Of a DNA stretch of 64,000 nt, positions 54,782 to 64,000 are shown piece by piece. The notes under the pieces were generated by a model. It was not told where the DNA came from, searched no databases, and worked only from the letters and a program-made list of their open reading frames with translations. This stretch comes from an uncultured virus (IMG/VR IMGVR_UViG_3300034062_002951). Taxonomy: Duplodnaviria > Heunggongvirae > Uroviricota > Caudoviricetes. Location: the IMG/VR virus record IMGVR_UViG_3300034062_002951. One strand, written 5' to 3'. Both the position numbers and the translations under genes were made by a program. How positions within the stretch are numbered: the first letter of the stretch is position 1; each line of letters starts with the position of its first letter.

Positions 54782-56836
54782 TTATTTCTTCCACATTGAT
54801 ACTCTACCGTTCCACAAAAAGTTCGTGCCATTAGGAAGTGCCTGCACTTCCTCAATGGTGTACACGCGGGGAGGAATTCCAGCTACTTTATTGAAATTTT
54901 TGAGTTCTTTTATTTCATCCAACGCGGCTTGCCTAGATGCTACAGGGAAATTTGGATTGACCGCATCTATCTCGGCAGCTTTTAGCCGCTGGTTAAGGAA
55001 GTCCTCAATACCGATCAAGCGATTGCCCAGAGAGCTTGGGTTGTCAAAAAACGCTGGCGCAATATCTATCTCTTTTTCAATTGCTTGCATCTCTGAAACA
55101 GGGTAGCGTGGGTTTGCTGCCAACGCCTTGATCAGGGATCGTCTTGCTGAATCAAAGAAAGTACGTGCCTCATCGGCCTTGGCATCCACTTGACCAAAGA
55201 CGCGCAAGACGGGCAGTGTCTTGAGGTACTGAATAGGGCCTGCAACCAAAGGGCGTTGGTTCCACAAAGTCTTCTGGTCTTTAGGGGTCTTAAGCGCCAC
55301 GTAGGCATCTTTCGCCTCGGCAGGCACATCAGCAGGCACTGTTCCGGGAGTCCCGCTGATGTCTCCAGCGGCACCGGGAGGAGCAGCAGGCGGTTTTGCT
55401 CCTCCGGGCCTTGGACCACCTGGAGCAGGAGCAGCAAGTGTTCCCCCTGTGTAATATGGAATAGGTCTTCCAACCAGCTGATATGCAGTGATCACATGCG
55501 GAGGTAGTTTCTTTTTGTTTATTACTGTCACATAGCTCTTGTTTCCTGTAACAGGGTCGGTCCTCTCTTCTCGTTGAGAGGTCTCCTGTGTGTAATCGGT
55601 TACTGCGGTATCTAATTCAAAGAGCTGCTCGGGAGAGAGTTTTCCTTCGGCAAGCAGCGGGGCAGTTCTTGCAAACATATTTAATTGTTCATTTGTTCCA
55701 AACGGCCCCTTTGGCGGCTTGTTAAGGTTCTTTTGTTTCTCTGCTTCAATTCGTGCTTCAGCAGCAACAATGTTCCCAAACAAAGCCCTCTTTTGTTTTA
55801 TAAGCTCATTGTTTGCTGCTTGGATTTGATCGATATCCTTCTCTGACGCTTGCAACGCGGCCATCTTGATAGCGCGCTCGCCTTTGTCAATCTCCGCCAC
55901 ACGTGCCATCATGTCCTGAGGCAGGGTTCTGACCGCACCCGCCATGCGAGAAACAAAGCTTCCACGCAACGGACGGCCTTGGTCATCGACGTTTGCGCCA
56001 AAGTTAAAGGCCCGTTGGCCGAGAGAAAATAGCATCTGTGCTTCGCTCGCGCCCTTGGTGTCACCGAGAATCGTGCGGTATGCAGGCTCACGCCCACGAG
56101 CCAATGCTCCCAGATCGGGAACCGTTTGTGGCTGCCTTGCAATCAACTCTTGCATGCCTTGTTGGGCCGCAGAAACCATGTTGGTGGGGTATTTAAGTAA
56201 AGGTGCTTCTCTTTCGCTTGGGACTGTTTCATCGGCAGGGGTCACTCCGTCCTCAGTAGACCCTGCCTGAAAATTTTGAACATAGCCGCCTCTTGCCATA
56301 GCCATGGGAGGTGCGCCAGCAATACCACCTGTCTCAGGTGGAGGGGGACCTGCCATGCCTTGTGGGCCACCAGCGCCACCCATCAGTGCCGCCATCATCT
56401 CAGGAGGCATACCACCAGGGGCAGCTTCAGGAGGAGCGCCCGGGGGCATCATCTCAGGGGGCATTCCAGGAGGAGGTGCCATTGGAGGCTGGGGACCTTG
56501 CATCAGTTCGGCTGAAGCAGGAGCAGCACCAATGCCTTGCTGTTGGGCAAGAACAGGCTGCAAAAGAGCAAGCACTTCTTGGGGCGTGTCCTTGGCAGCA
56601 CGGTACCCGACCATGTCCGCCAGTTCATCAATACGCGCTTCGACTGAGCGCATGTCCCCGCGTAAGTTGTTCATCAAAATTTCAGGAGACTTTGGCGAGC
56701 GGCCCATGACCTCAGAGGCAACACGGTCCTCTTCGTTGGTGTCTTCCGTATCGTCGTCTTCCATCTCCATCATGTCCTTGAAACCAGCCATGATGCCCAT
56801 GTTTTCGACGTCTTGTTCCATCATTTTGTTCTTCAT
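54782..56836 (-). CDS. Internal virion/ejection protein (684 aa)
   Basis: Acidic leader, Pro-rich linker, MARGG motif; position fits. Confidence 0.7.
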   Translation of the reverse strand: MKNKMMEQDVENMGIMAGFKDMMEMEDDDTEDTNEEDRVASEVMGRSPKSPEILMNNLRGDMRSVEARIDELADMVGYRAAKDTPQEVLALLQPVLAQQQGIGAAPASAELMQGPQPPMAPPPGMPPEMMPPGAPPEAAPGGMPPEMMAALMGGAGGPQGMAGPPPPETGGIAGAPPMAMARGGYVQNFQAGSTEDGVTPADETVPSEREAPLLKYPTNMVSAAQQGMQELIARQPQTVPDLGALARGREPAYRTILGDTKGASEAQMLFSLGQRAFNFGANVDDQGRPLRGSFVSRMAGAVRTLPQDMMARVAEIDKGERAIKMAALQASEKDIDQIQAANNELIKQKRALFGNIVAAEARIEAEKQKNLNKPPKGPFGTNEQLNMFARTAPLLAEGKLSPEQLFELDTAVTDYTQETSQREERTDPVTGNKSYVTVINKKKLPPHVITAYQLVGRPIPYYTGGTLAAPAPGGPRPGGAKPPAAPPGAAGDISGTPGTVPADVPAEAKDAYVALKTPKDQKTLWNQRPLVAGPIQYLKTLPVLRVFGQVDAKADEARTFFDSARRSLIKALAANPRYPVSEMQAIEKEIDIAPAFFDNPSSLGNRLIGIEDFLNQRLKAAEIDAVNPNFPVASRQAALDEIKELKNFNKVAGIPPRVYTIEEVQALPNGTNFLWNGRVSMWKK

Positions 56837-56845
56837 ATTGCCCTC

Positions 56846-57952
56846 TTAAAAGAGTCCAGCTTTCTTTGCCCCAGCGGCAGTTGATAACACACCCAGGCCC
56901 ACTCCCAACGCTTGTTGGAAGGGGCTTGCAGAAGGCTGGCTGACCGCCGCCGTTGACATCTGAGTCGATGGTGCGCCCTTGTAAATGTCTGACAGGAAGC
57001 CTGCTTGTTGGTAAGGCGAGTACACCTTTTGCAACTCCGTCGCACGCTGTGCATCCAGTTGTTGCTGATTCATCGCCTGCTGTGACTGACCGACGTTATA
57101 CAAGAAGTTAACGTCGCCTTGTCTCATCGCCTGTGCTGTCTGGCCGAGAGCACCTTGTTGGATACCCAACTGGCCCATCTGTGCGCCCAGTTGTCCAAGA
57201 CCTGACGACATTTGCGCGCCTTGGCCAAACTCTTGGCCAGCCAGTGAGCCAATGCCTGCGGCCGCTTGGCCAAGACCTTGTCCCATGGCCAGTTGTCTTT
57301 GTTTGGCTGCTTCAAAGGTTCCCATGCCGGCCTGTTGGGCTTGGCCATAGTTCTGTGCGTAGTCTTGGAAGATGCGCTGCGACATAACGTCTTGCAGGCC
57401 TCGCTCCATCTCTGCGCGCTGTACGCCTTCACGGGTGCCACCAAAGGCACCGGAGCGAACAGCTTGAGCCGCTGCACCTTGGCGTGCAATGTCGCCTTGA
57501 CGGCGCATCTCTGCCAAGGCCTGTTGCGTGACCTGAGCCTGATACGGGTTCATGAATTGCGCGGCCATGGTGGGGTCGTATTGACCGCCGCCTTGCGCCA
57601 AGGCTCCAATGCCTGCACTCAAAACATTTTGGGCCTCGCCGTACTGGTCTCGGGTGTCTGCTCCACGCAAGACATTGGCCGCTTCGCCGGTTGTCCCGTA
57701 GGCCTGGGTTACCGCTTGGTTGGCAGAAGTCAGATATGGGTCAAAGGCTCCAATCCCCTGCGCTATTGCAGCGTTCATCGCCGTCTGTTGAGCAGGAGCA
57801 AAGCCAGCTACGTTGTAGCCTGGAAGTTGTTCAGCTAAAGGCGTACGGCCTTCGTTAAAAGCCAGTGCCTTGGCTTGCTTTAGTAGGTCAAGCTTATAGG
57901 CTTCAATCTCCGGGGCTTCCCGGACAATTTGTTGTGTTGTTGTGGTAGCCAT
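56846..57952 (-). CDS. Gln/Gly-rich DNA-transfer (ejection/pilot) protein, copy B
   Basis: MATTTTQQIVREAPEIEAYKL..FMNPYQ..GAFGGTR. Confidence 0.75.
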   Translation of the reverse strand: MATTTTQQIVREAPEIEAYKLDLLKQAKALAFNEGRTPLAEQLPGYNVAGFAPAQQTAMNAAIAQGIGAFDPYLTSANQAVTQAYGTTGEAANVLRGADTRDQYGEAQNVLSAGIGALAQGGGQYDPTMAAQFMNPYQAQVTQQALAEMRRQGDIARQGAAAQAVRSGAFGGTREGVQRAEMERGLQDVMSQRIFQDYAQNYGQAQQAGMGTFEAAKQRQLAMGQGLGQAAAGIGSLAGQEFGQGAQMSSGLGQLGAQMGQLGIQQGALGQTAQAMRQGDVNFLYNVGQSQQAMNQQQLDAQRATELQKVYSPYQQAGFLSDIYKGAPSTQMSTAAVSQPSASPFQQALGVGLGVLSTAAGAKKAGLF

Positions 57953-57954
57953 AA

Positions 57955-60375
57955 TTAGCCTTTCACCATTCCGCCTTTTTCAAGCGATTTCATAAGTTTG
58001 TACATCCGTGCAGCACCTTTACGGCGACTTCCGTTTCCAGCATTGCGCACGGCCCTGGCGGTAAATACAAACTCACCGTCTGACAACATAGCAGGAATAT
58101 CATCCGAAGTTCCTGTTCCAGGGCCGTTGATAGGTCCTGTCTTACGAGGGAATTCCCTAATTGATCCGCCCTTGGCGGCCATTATCGGTGCTGCTGTACC
58201 GATGAAAGGTGAATAGTACTGTTGAATAGATTGTGTTCGACGACGGCCATACTCAGGAGAATACTGCGCCTGCATAATCCCAGTGGGTGTAACCACTCCT
58301 GGGGCAGCAGCACCTTGTCCACCTGCATACAGGGTTGCACGAGTGGGATCATATGCGCCCGCACCTTGGGACTGGTAGTTATACAAGCTGCCAGAGAATG
58401 CTTGTGGGTTGTCTCGCATGTAGTCCGTTCCTGTGTAAGCAGGGTCGTATATAGGTGCGTCGTCCACAGGAGGCGTCTCGAACCCGCCAGCTAAGTACGT
58501 TGCACCCAATCCGGCTGCGGCCAAAGGGGCATACTTAGTAAAGAAGCCAGGGGCATTGGCTTCATAGGCAGCGTCATAGGCAGCTTCTGCTCCTGCTGAA
58601 GTAGGCTTAATCCCTGCGGACTCCATTCTCACTCGGTAGGCAGCTACTGCCTTATCTCCTGCAAGGGCAGCCTGTTCGTTTCCTTGTTGTATGGCGGGAC
58701 GGTCAGTAGCAAAATTTTCGTTGTAAAAATCTTTTACAGGGCCAAGAACTTGTTCTCCTCTCGCGCCAAGGGAATATGTGCTTTTGTCTACTACGGGAGC
58801 AGGGCCTCGGCTCTCGGGTGAGCCAGTAGACACGAAGCTTCCGTCCTCCACTGGAACAAAGCTAGAGCTCTGTTGGGGAATAGTTACCCCAGGAGCATTT
58901 CCAATTCCCGCGTTCAACAGGCCTACGCCTCCGGGAGGTGCATTAAAACCGCCTGTCAAAGAGATTGGCTGGCGCTGTACGCCCAGTCCCGCTCCAGGAG
59001 ACATTCCCTGAGCCTGGACATAATCAGAGGCAGTGTTCAGGCTGTAGTCACCTGGGGCCCTGTCCATCAAATACTGTGACTGCGCAGACAAGTTTGGGGT
59101 GTACCCTGGCGCGTTGGCCACCATGTCCGCTTGTTGTGGGGAGATCGTAAAGTTGTCTACGGGCGCAGCAGGTTCTCCTGTGTAATAGGGAGAGTACTTG
59201 TCTGTAGCAGGCAAAGGGAGATTCTCGGCCGCAGTGCCTACAACGCCTGTACTCTCAATTGGGGCAAGAGACAGGTTTGATCCATCTGCTGCTGCATCGG
59301 TAGGAGCCCCGGTCCGTGTTCCGCCAGCCTGGCCACCAGGCAAATAGCCCCTTTGCTGACCATAACCAACGCCTGCGGCTGTTACGCCACCAATTGCACC
59401 CGCTTTCAGGGCCTGTTCCGGAGACATACCCGATGCCAAACCAAAGCCCGTACCCAGGGCCGCGCCCGTGAAGCCTTGATTGAGCAAACTACCCGCCGCG
59501 CCAGGCATGTAGCTACTGATAGACGGGGCGATTGAGCCGCCGATGTAGCCCATGGCCGCACCCTTGAGAATATCCTGAATGTTCCCGCCGCCCAATGCCG
59601 CCATGCCGCCACCAACAATTGCTGCCGTGCCAGCGGTGCCAATACCAAAGCCCGCTGCAATTGGACCCAGAGCCATGGTTGCGCCAATTGTCAAAGCAAT
59701 CCGCCCAATGTCGCTTTTAGCAACGTCTTTTACAACGTTTACCACTGCCTTTGCAGGGGCAGTAACAGCCTTCCACACGTCACTAAAAAAGCCGTATTCA
59801 GGCAGTCCTGTGTATGGGTTACGTGTACCAAGACCACCTGCCTGACGCAACATTTCGGCTTCTTGTGGGTTGATGTGGGCAAGCATGGTATCTCGTCCAC
59901 GGCCTCGGGCTTGCAGTGCTTTGGCAGCGTCTGCCAATCCACCACTCTTCATTGCCATAGGTTCTTGTGGTCCGGGGCCCATGGCCTCTGGAGAGACGTT
60001 CTGTGCTTGTTGGATGCGTTGCTCGTTCAAAGCAGCAAGCATGGTGGAAACGAACCCTTGATCAAACTCAGGTGGGAAGTCACCTTCATCAATCGCCCCC
60101 GCTTCAATACCCGCACGGATGATTTCCTTGTACTGATCGGGGTACTGCATCATGTATTCAAGCAGCGTAATAAACGCCTCTATCTCGCTAGGCTTGAGAT
60201 TAAGTTGCGATAGGCTAGAGCCAATGGCAGTCTTGTATTCGCCAAAGGCCTGCGGGTCGGTCTCCTGCATAGCAGAAGATGCCGCGTTGTACGCGTCTAA
60301 GCTTGAGACGTAGCCTCGTGGGGGTTGCTGCTGTTGCATGGGCATGGGAGCCGCCATGATGCCTTCATTCGCCAT
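57955..60375 (-). CDS. Internal virion/ejection protein, copy B (806 aa)
   Basis: GRGRDTMLAHINP..NPYTGLPEY..GPGTGTSDDIPAMLSDGEFV. Confidence 0.8.
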   Translation of the reverse strand: MANEGIMAAPMPMQQQQPPRGYVSSLDAYNAASSAMQETDPQAFGEYKTAIGSSLSQLNLKPSEIEAFITLLEYMMQYPDQYKEIIRAGIEAGAIDEGDFPPEFDQGFVSTMLAALNEQRIQQAQNVSPEAMGPGPQEPMAMKSGGLADAAKALQARGRGRDTMLAHINPQEAEMLRQAGGLGTRNPYTGLPEYGFFSDVWKAVTAPAKAVVNVVKDVAKSDIGRIALTIGATMALGPIAAGFGIGTAGTAAIVGGGMAALGGGNIQDILKGAAMGYIGGSIAPSISSYMPGAAGSLLNQGFTGAALGTGFGLASGMSPEQALKAGAIGGVTAAGVGYGQQRGYLPGGQAGGTRTGAPTDAAADGSNLSLAPIESTGVVGTAAENLPLPATDKYSPYYTGEPAAPVDNFTISPQQADMVANAPGYTPNLSAQSQYLMDRAPGDYSLNTASDYVQAQGMSPGAGLGVQRQPISLTGGFNAPPGGVGLLNAGIGNAPGVTIPQQSSSFVPVEDGSFVSTGSPESRGPAPVVDKSTYSLGARGEQVLGPVKDFYNENFATDRPAIQQGNEQAALAGDKAVAAYRVRMESAGIKPTSAGAEAAYDAAYEANAPGFFTKYAPLAAAGLGATYLAGGFETPPVDDAPIYDPAYTGTDYMRDNPQAFSGSLYNYQSQGAGAYDPTRATLYAGGQGAAAPGVVTPTGIMQAQYSPEYGRRRTQSIQQYYSPFIGTAAPIMAAKGGSIREFPRKTGPINGPGTGTSDDIPAMLSDGEFVFTARAVRNAGNGSRRKGAARMYKLMKSLEKGGMVKG

Positions 60376-60380
60376 GATTA

Positions 60381-60442
60381 TCCTTTCCAGTTGATGCCAA
60401 AGGCCCCATGGGCCGCGCGTCGGGAAAGGACGCGAATGTGGC
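60381..60442 (-). ncRNA. Candidate cis-regulatory RNA with a loop-to-RBS pseudoknot
   Basis: CGCGUC/GACGCG hairpin whose loop region CCUUUCC is complementary to the GGAAAGG RBS; GGCCC/GGGCC hairpin; GCCA/UGGC closing stem. Confidence 0.5.
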
Positions 60443-60462
60443 TGTAATTATGTCGCATTTCC

Positions 60463-60795
60463 CTAGTTCCTGTCCATCTCTAAATAGGACAGGTAAAAGT
60501 CAGCGGTCGCCAGTGAACTGGTGACTTTAATCACGTCGGTTGCCTCCAATATGCAAGGCACCCCGCTCAAGACATCCAAAGTCTGGTTCGTGGGCAGCGA
60601 GTAGACCTTCAACAAACAATATGCAGTGGCCGCGCCAAGCGGGTAGACGTTGACCGTCAAGGCGGTTGTGGAAGCGTTTCTGTTTGTCACCCGCAAGGAC
60701 GAAAGCACCGCCGTGTTGGCGGCTGGCGCGGTGTAAATCGTGGTCTCAGTCGCAGCCGCTGGGGTCAAGAATTTCCGAAAGTACTTATTTGCCAT
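60463..60795 (-). CDS. Small beta-rich tail protein (110 aa)
   Basis: TIYTAPA..ILEATDVIKV..SYLEMD. Confidence 0.7.
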   Translation of the reverse strand: MANKYFRKFLTPAAATETTIYTAPAANTAVLSSLRVTNRNASTTALTVNVYPLGAATAYCLLKVYSLPTNQTLDVLSGVPCILEATDVIKVTSSLATADFYLSYLEMDRN

Positions 60796-60797
60796 GA

Positions 60798-61505
60798 TCA
60801 GTTTGCCGATACAAAGTTAATGGTGAGAATCACTGATGGAATGGCAGGGCGCGTGGGGCTCGTGCCAGCGGCATAGTGCTCCAAATAGATGTCAATGTTG
60901 TCTGACCACCAGGCAACCTCTAAATAATCGTTGGTGGGATCATCTACAGTGAAAATACCAGTAATCGCTGGAACTATGTGGGACCAAATGGTGGCGGTTT
61001 TACGAGCAGGCACATCAAAGCGCGTGTTGCTTAAGGGGTAGTTGACCCCGGTGTCCTTGGCCCACACTTCAAACTCACCTGCTGTATTGCTTCGATTTGT
61101 CACTTGCAAGGTGAAAGTCACTAGATATTGACCAGCGCATGGTACCTTGATCCGTGAGCCGCTTTCCACGCTGATGCCGTTGGAAAACGCAGGAGCAAAA
61201 GTAAGCAAGTTCTCCCCTGTGATACTGGCGTTTGTCTGGTCCTGGTCCGAGATCATCATTGCCTGAGGCAAGATGATGCCGTTACTGTTTTGAAATCCAC
61301 GAATACCACCAGCAAACCCGCCTCCCGCTCCGCTGTTCATGGCCATCCATGTTGCAGCGCCAGCGGTGTTCTCACTGGGGACAGGCGTATACGTGTTGTT
61401 GAGTTGAAGAATAACCTGCTCAAGGGAGCGCACCAGTTGGTTGAACTGCGACGCATCATAGGCAGGCGATGCGTTGGGCAGTCGAACGTTGTTGATCTTA
61501 CTCAT
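60798..61505 (-). CDS. Tail needle/spike-like protein, copy B
   Basis: RLPNASPAYD..NQLVRSLEQ..AGQYLVTFTLQ..PAIPSVILTINFVS. Confidence 0.65.
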   Translation of the reverse strand: MSKINNVRLPNASPAYDASQFNQLVRSLEQVILQLNNTYTPVPSENTAGAATWMAMNSGAGGGFAGGIRGFQNSNGIILPQAMMISDQDQTNASITGENLLTFAPAFSNGISVESGSRIKVPCAGQYLVTFTLQVTNRSNTAGEFEVWAKDTGVNYPLSNTRFDVPARKTATIWSHIVPAITGIFTVDDPTNDYLEVAWWSDNIDIYLEHYAAGTSPTRPAIPSVILTINFVSAN

Positions 61506-63355
61506 CTCAATCCATCCGGTTGGATGTCAACGCGCAACGTTCCATAACGCCAGTTGGTATCTATATCACTGCTCTCAATGCGCAAGCTGATCTGTCTCCC
61601 GCGCGCGCGAGTGTCTACCTTCTGCGTGTTCGGAGCAATCACATAGGGGTCAAGCGAGCTTGGACTTGCACTGGCCTGTGGGTATGGGCGCAACAACAGG
61701 TGAACAGTTAAGTTGCCCTCTTGGTTCTTGAAGTCAGGGATAAACCGCTTCATAAACAGCATCTGGTCGCCGTCACCAATATCAAAGTAGCCAGACTTCA
61801 CATAAGCCGTGATGGCCGCTCCATTGCCGTTCTTGCCATCTTCTTGGTTGTATATCAGTGAGCGACCAGCGGTCAGGCCGTTGATTGTGCTGATGGTGGC
61901 GGCGGTGCTGTCGGGGAAGTATTCGGACGCAGTTGGGTTGCTGTACGTTCCCGAGTCTGTCCACGCGGTACGAGGCATGCTGCCAATAGACCAGACATTC
62001 TCTAGGTAGTTGTACGTCACAAACCGATCAATGTAGTCAGCAGTGAACGAGCAATACCACCAAGTTACTTCGTTGAACTGTGTGTTGACTCCGATGTTTA
62101 CCTTGGCGTTTTGAACAACGTTGATGTCTTTGAAGACGTAATCCTGAACAGTACAAGCAAGCTTTTTAACAGTTCCGTCGAACATGAAGAAGGCGTCTTT
62201 GTCCATCCAAAACGCAACGCCGTTGACGTCAGCAGAGGCATGCGGGCCGATCAGGCCGCAGTTAGAGCCCAGTTGCTGGAAGCCAAAAGTGTAAGGAGGA
62301 CCGATGTACTGCATACCATGCAAAGCACTATCTGTCCAAATAAGAATCTGTCCTCTGGAACGCACAGCAGAAACAATGTGGTTGCCGTCCGTGAGCCGTT
62401 GTCCGCCGGCCGTGTTAGTTGCACTCTCAACAAAACTGTTGATGTCCTCCTGATTGGAGAAGCGAACAAACATGGGGTCCTGGGTCGATGGAGACCCAAT
62501 CGTGTTCTCCGTGCCAAAGCACACCAAGTGCCTGTCTGGCGTAGACACAACCGCATAGGTGTTCTTTGTTGGAGCGCCTGATATGGCCGTAGCACGTGTG
62601 GTAATACCTGCGCTTGTATCAAACAAATAGATAGCGCCGTTCGCAATCTGGCATACAACGTCTTCGCCAAAATTATCAAACTGCCAGACCCGCGAATCAA
62701 GGGCCACGGAAGTAGATGGCGGCCTTGGTGTTCCCCAGGTGCTCGCGCCCCACGTGCCTACGCCCCAGCCGTAGTCAACGGCGCTGACAGCAGTGCCGAC
62801 GTTGATCTGATAAGCAGCGTCCGCAGTGCCTACAGCGTTAGCTGTGGACGTGGCAGCAGCAGGAGAAAGGATGGTGTATTCATTGGCATTTGTGATGAAT
62901 TGAACCTCAAATTCACCAGTCAGACTTGCGTTAGAAATGCCTCCAGGGTTTCCTGTTACGTTTGAAAACGTAACAAAGTCTCCTGCAATACAACCATGCG
63001 CGGTGTCGTTGACGGTGACGGTAGTGAGTGTATTGACCGTGTCAAAAGTAACTCCAACAGCCGTTCTGCGAATGGGCGTGACATCTCCCCACAAAGCGCC
63101 ATACAGCGCATACAGCTTTCTGTTGGTGCCCACGATCATGTAGGGCGAACCATCTAAACCATTCCAGGTGTATATCTCACTGACCATGCCAACTAAGTAG
63201 GCAGCAGTCTCGTTGAATTGCGTCCAGCCGCCCATCTTCTCGGGCAGGCCATAGCGAAAGCGCACGTAGTCCGAGTCAATCCAGCCGCCTTCAGCGCCGT
63301 ACTCAGTGTTTTGTTTGTCTACACCAGGTTTGAGAACAATTCGTGCGAGTGCCAT
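61502..63355 (-). CDS. Tail nozzle / stabilisation protein, copy B
   Basis: KPGVDKQNT..GGW, DPMFVRFSNQE, FNEVTWWY, RVDIQPDGLR. Confidence 0.75.
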   Translation of the reverse strand: MALARIVLKPGVDKQNTEYGAEGGWIDSDYVRFRYGLPEKMGGWTQFNETAAYLVGMVSEIYTWNGLDGSPYMIVGTNRKLYALYGALWGDVTPIRRTAVGVTFDTVNTLTTVTVNDTAHGCIAGDFVTFSNVTGNPGGISNASLTGEFEVQFITNANEYTILSPAAATSTANAVGTADAAYQINVGTAVSAVDYGWGVGTWGASTWGTPRPPSTSVALDSRVWQFDNFGEDVVCQIANGAIYLFDTSAGITTRATAISGAPTKNTYAVVSTPDRHLVCFGTENTIGSPSTQDPMFVRFSNQEDINSFVESATNTAGGQRLTDGNHIVSAVRSRGQILIWTDSALHGMQYIGPPYTFGFQQLGSNCGLIGPHASADVNGVAFWMDKDAFFMFDGTVKKLACTVQDYVFKDINVVQNAKVNIGVNTQFNEVTWWYCSFTADYIDRFVTYNYLENVWSIGSMPRTAWTDSGTYSNPTASEYFPDSTAATISTINGLTAGRSLIYNQEDGKNGNGAAITAYVKSGYFDIGDGDQMLFMKRFIPDFKNQEGNLTVHLLLRPYPQASASPSSLDPYVIAPNTQKVDTRARGRQISLRIESSDIDTNWRYGTLRVDIQPDGLR

Positions 63356-63358
63356 GAC

Positions 63359-63592
63359 TTATCTAAATCCTGCGGTTTTCTTTGCAATCTTCTTTGGTTG
63401 AGCTACAAACTGCTTTCCTGCCGCCTTGCCTTTGCGCTTGGCCTTGGTCGTGGCCGCATATTCAGCCGGAGACAAAGACTTGATAGCTGCTTCAGGGAGA
63501 TACCTCTCACCCGTTTTTGACGAAGGCTTCCCAGACTTAGTGCGCCATTTCTGGTCGCCCCAGTTTTTAAGGGATTGCTGTGGGGCTTTCAA
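63359..63592 (-). CDS. Small basic phage protein
   Basis: QQSLKNWGDQKWRTKSGK..GERYLP. Confidence 0.75.
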   Translation of the reverse strand: MKAPQQSLKNWGDQKWRTKSGKPSSKTGERYLPEAAIKSLSPAEYAATTKAKRKGKAAGKQFVAQPKKIAKKTAGFR

Positions 63593-63780
63593 TCTCTGTA
63601 CCCGCCGCCAGCGGCCTTATATTTCTTGGCCACAAGCTGGGCTTTCCTGGCCGACCACTCTCCCGCGCCTGTGCCTTGTGTCGCGGCGGCTTTTACCTGA
63701 GACACGATCTTCTTGCGCAGAGTAGGCTTTGTGTAGTTGCCCGCAGCGTTAACAGTAGATTTTTTGGGTTTTGCTTTCAT
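63589..63780 (-). CDS. Small basic phage protein
   Basis: NYTKPTLRK..WSARKAQLVAKKYKAAGGGY. Confidence 0.75.
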   Translation of the reverse strand: MKAKPKKSTVNAAGNYTKPTLRKKIVSQVKAAATQGTGAGEWSARKAQLVAKKYKAAGGGYRD

Positions 63781-63781
63781 C

Positions 63782-64000
63782 TCAGGCCATTAATCCAGGG
63801 ACATACTGTGTTTTACCAGCGACTTTCATGGCGGTCAACTCTTGTTTCTTAAGATTGGCCGGGTCAAACGACACGTGCACCCAGCCGCTATCGGGTATAC
63901 CCGGAGTGTAGAACTCCAAGATCAACTGGGTGTAGTCCAGATTATCCATGATCCATTGGGCAAGTTCTGCGTTGGGGACACCAGGAATCTCTATATCGGC
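63782..64000 (-). CDS. Peptidase M15-type endolysin, C-terminal part
   Basis: Manual translation ADIEIPGVPNAELAQWI..QLILEFY..SGWVHVSF; 5' part lies outside the window. Confidence 0.8.
   Translation of the reverse strand, partial: ADIEIPGVPNAELAQWIMDNLDYTQLILEFYTPGIPDSGWVHVSFDPANLKKQELTAMKVAGKTQYVPGLMA

Noticed and set aside
1..64000. Integrated prophage or alternative genetic code
   Set aside because: No integrase, att site or host genes are visible, and genes are intact and densely packed in the standard code.

Overview
The window is almost entirely a tailed dsDNA phage of podovirus-like organisation, about 90% on the minus strand. It carries a full head and packaging module (TerL, portal, GroES, scaffold, major capsid protein), connector, tail and fibre genes, a replication module (family A DNA polymerase, UvrD helicase, AEP primase, SSB, SNF2 helicase, PD-(D/E)XK exonuclease), many small early genes and the 3' end of an M15 peptidase endolysin. 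I see no integrase, CRISPR array or tRNA. AGAAAGGAG ribosome-binding sites suggest a betaproteobacterial host. The most notable points are: (1) two diverged copies of a four-gene nozzle/ejection block, one at each end of the window, which is either a two-tail-module phage or a junction of two related phages; (2) a recurrent hydrophobic-x-x-GG motif across the internal virion proteins, with a GG-repeat peptide gene coupled to a Cys/His protein of unknown function; (3) a 1554-aa polyvalent protein with a duplicated PcfJ-like module and a Wnt/SAA-like domain; (4) a perfect chromosomal-type parS site just upstream of terL with no ParB in view; (5) a palindrome-rich early region with a ladder of promoters sharing an operator-like motif; (6) three intergenic structured-RNA candidates, two of them pseudoknotted onto or next to the ribosome-binding site. 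All family calls come from motif recognition by eye; no database search was run.
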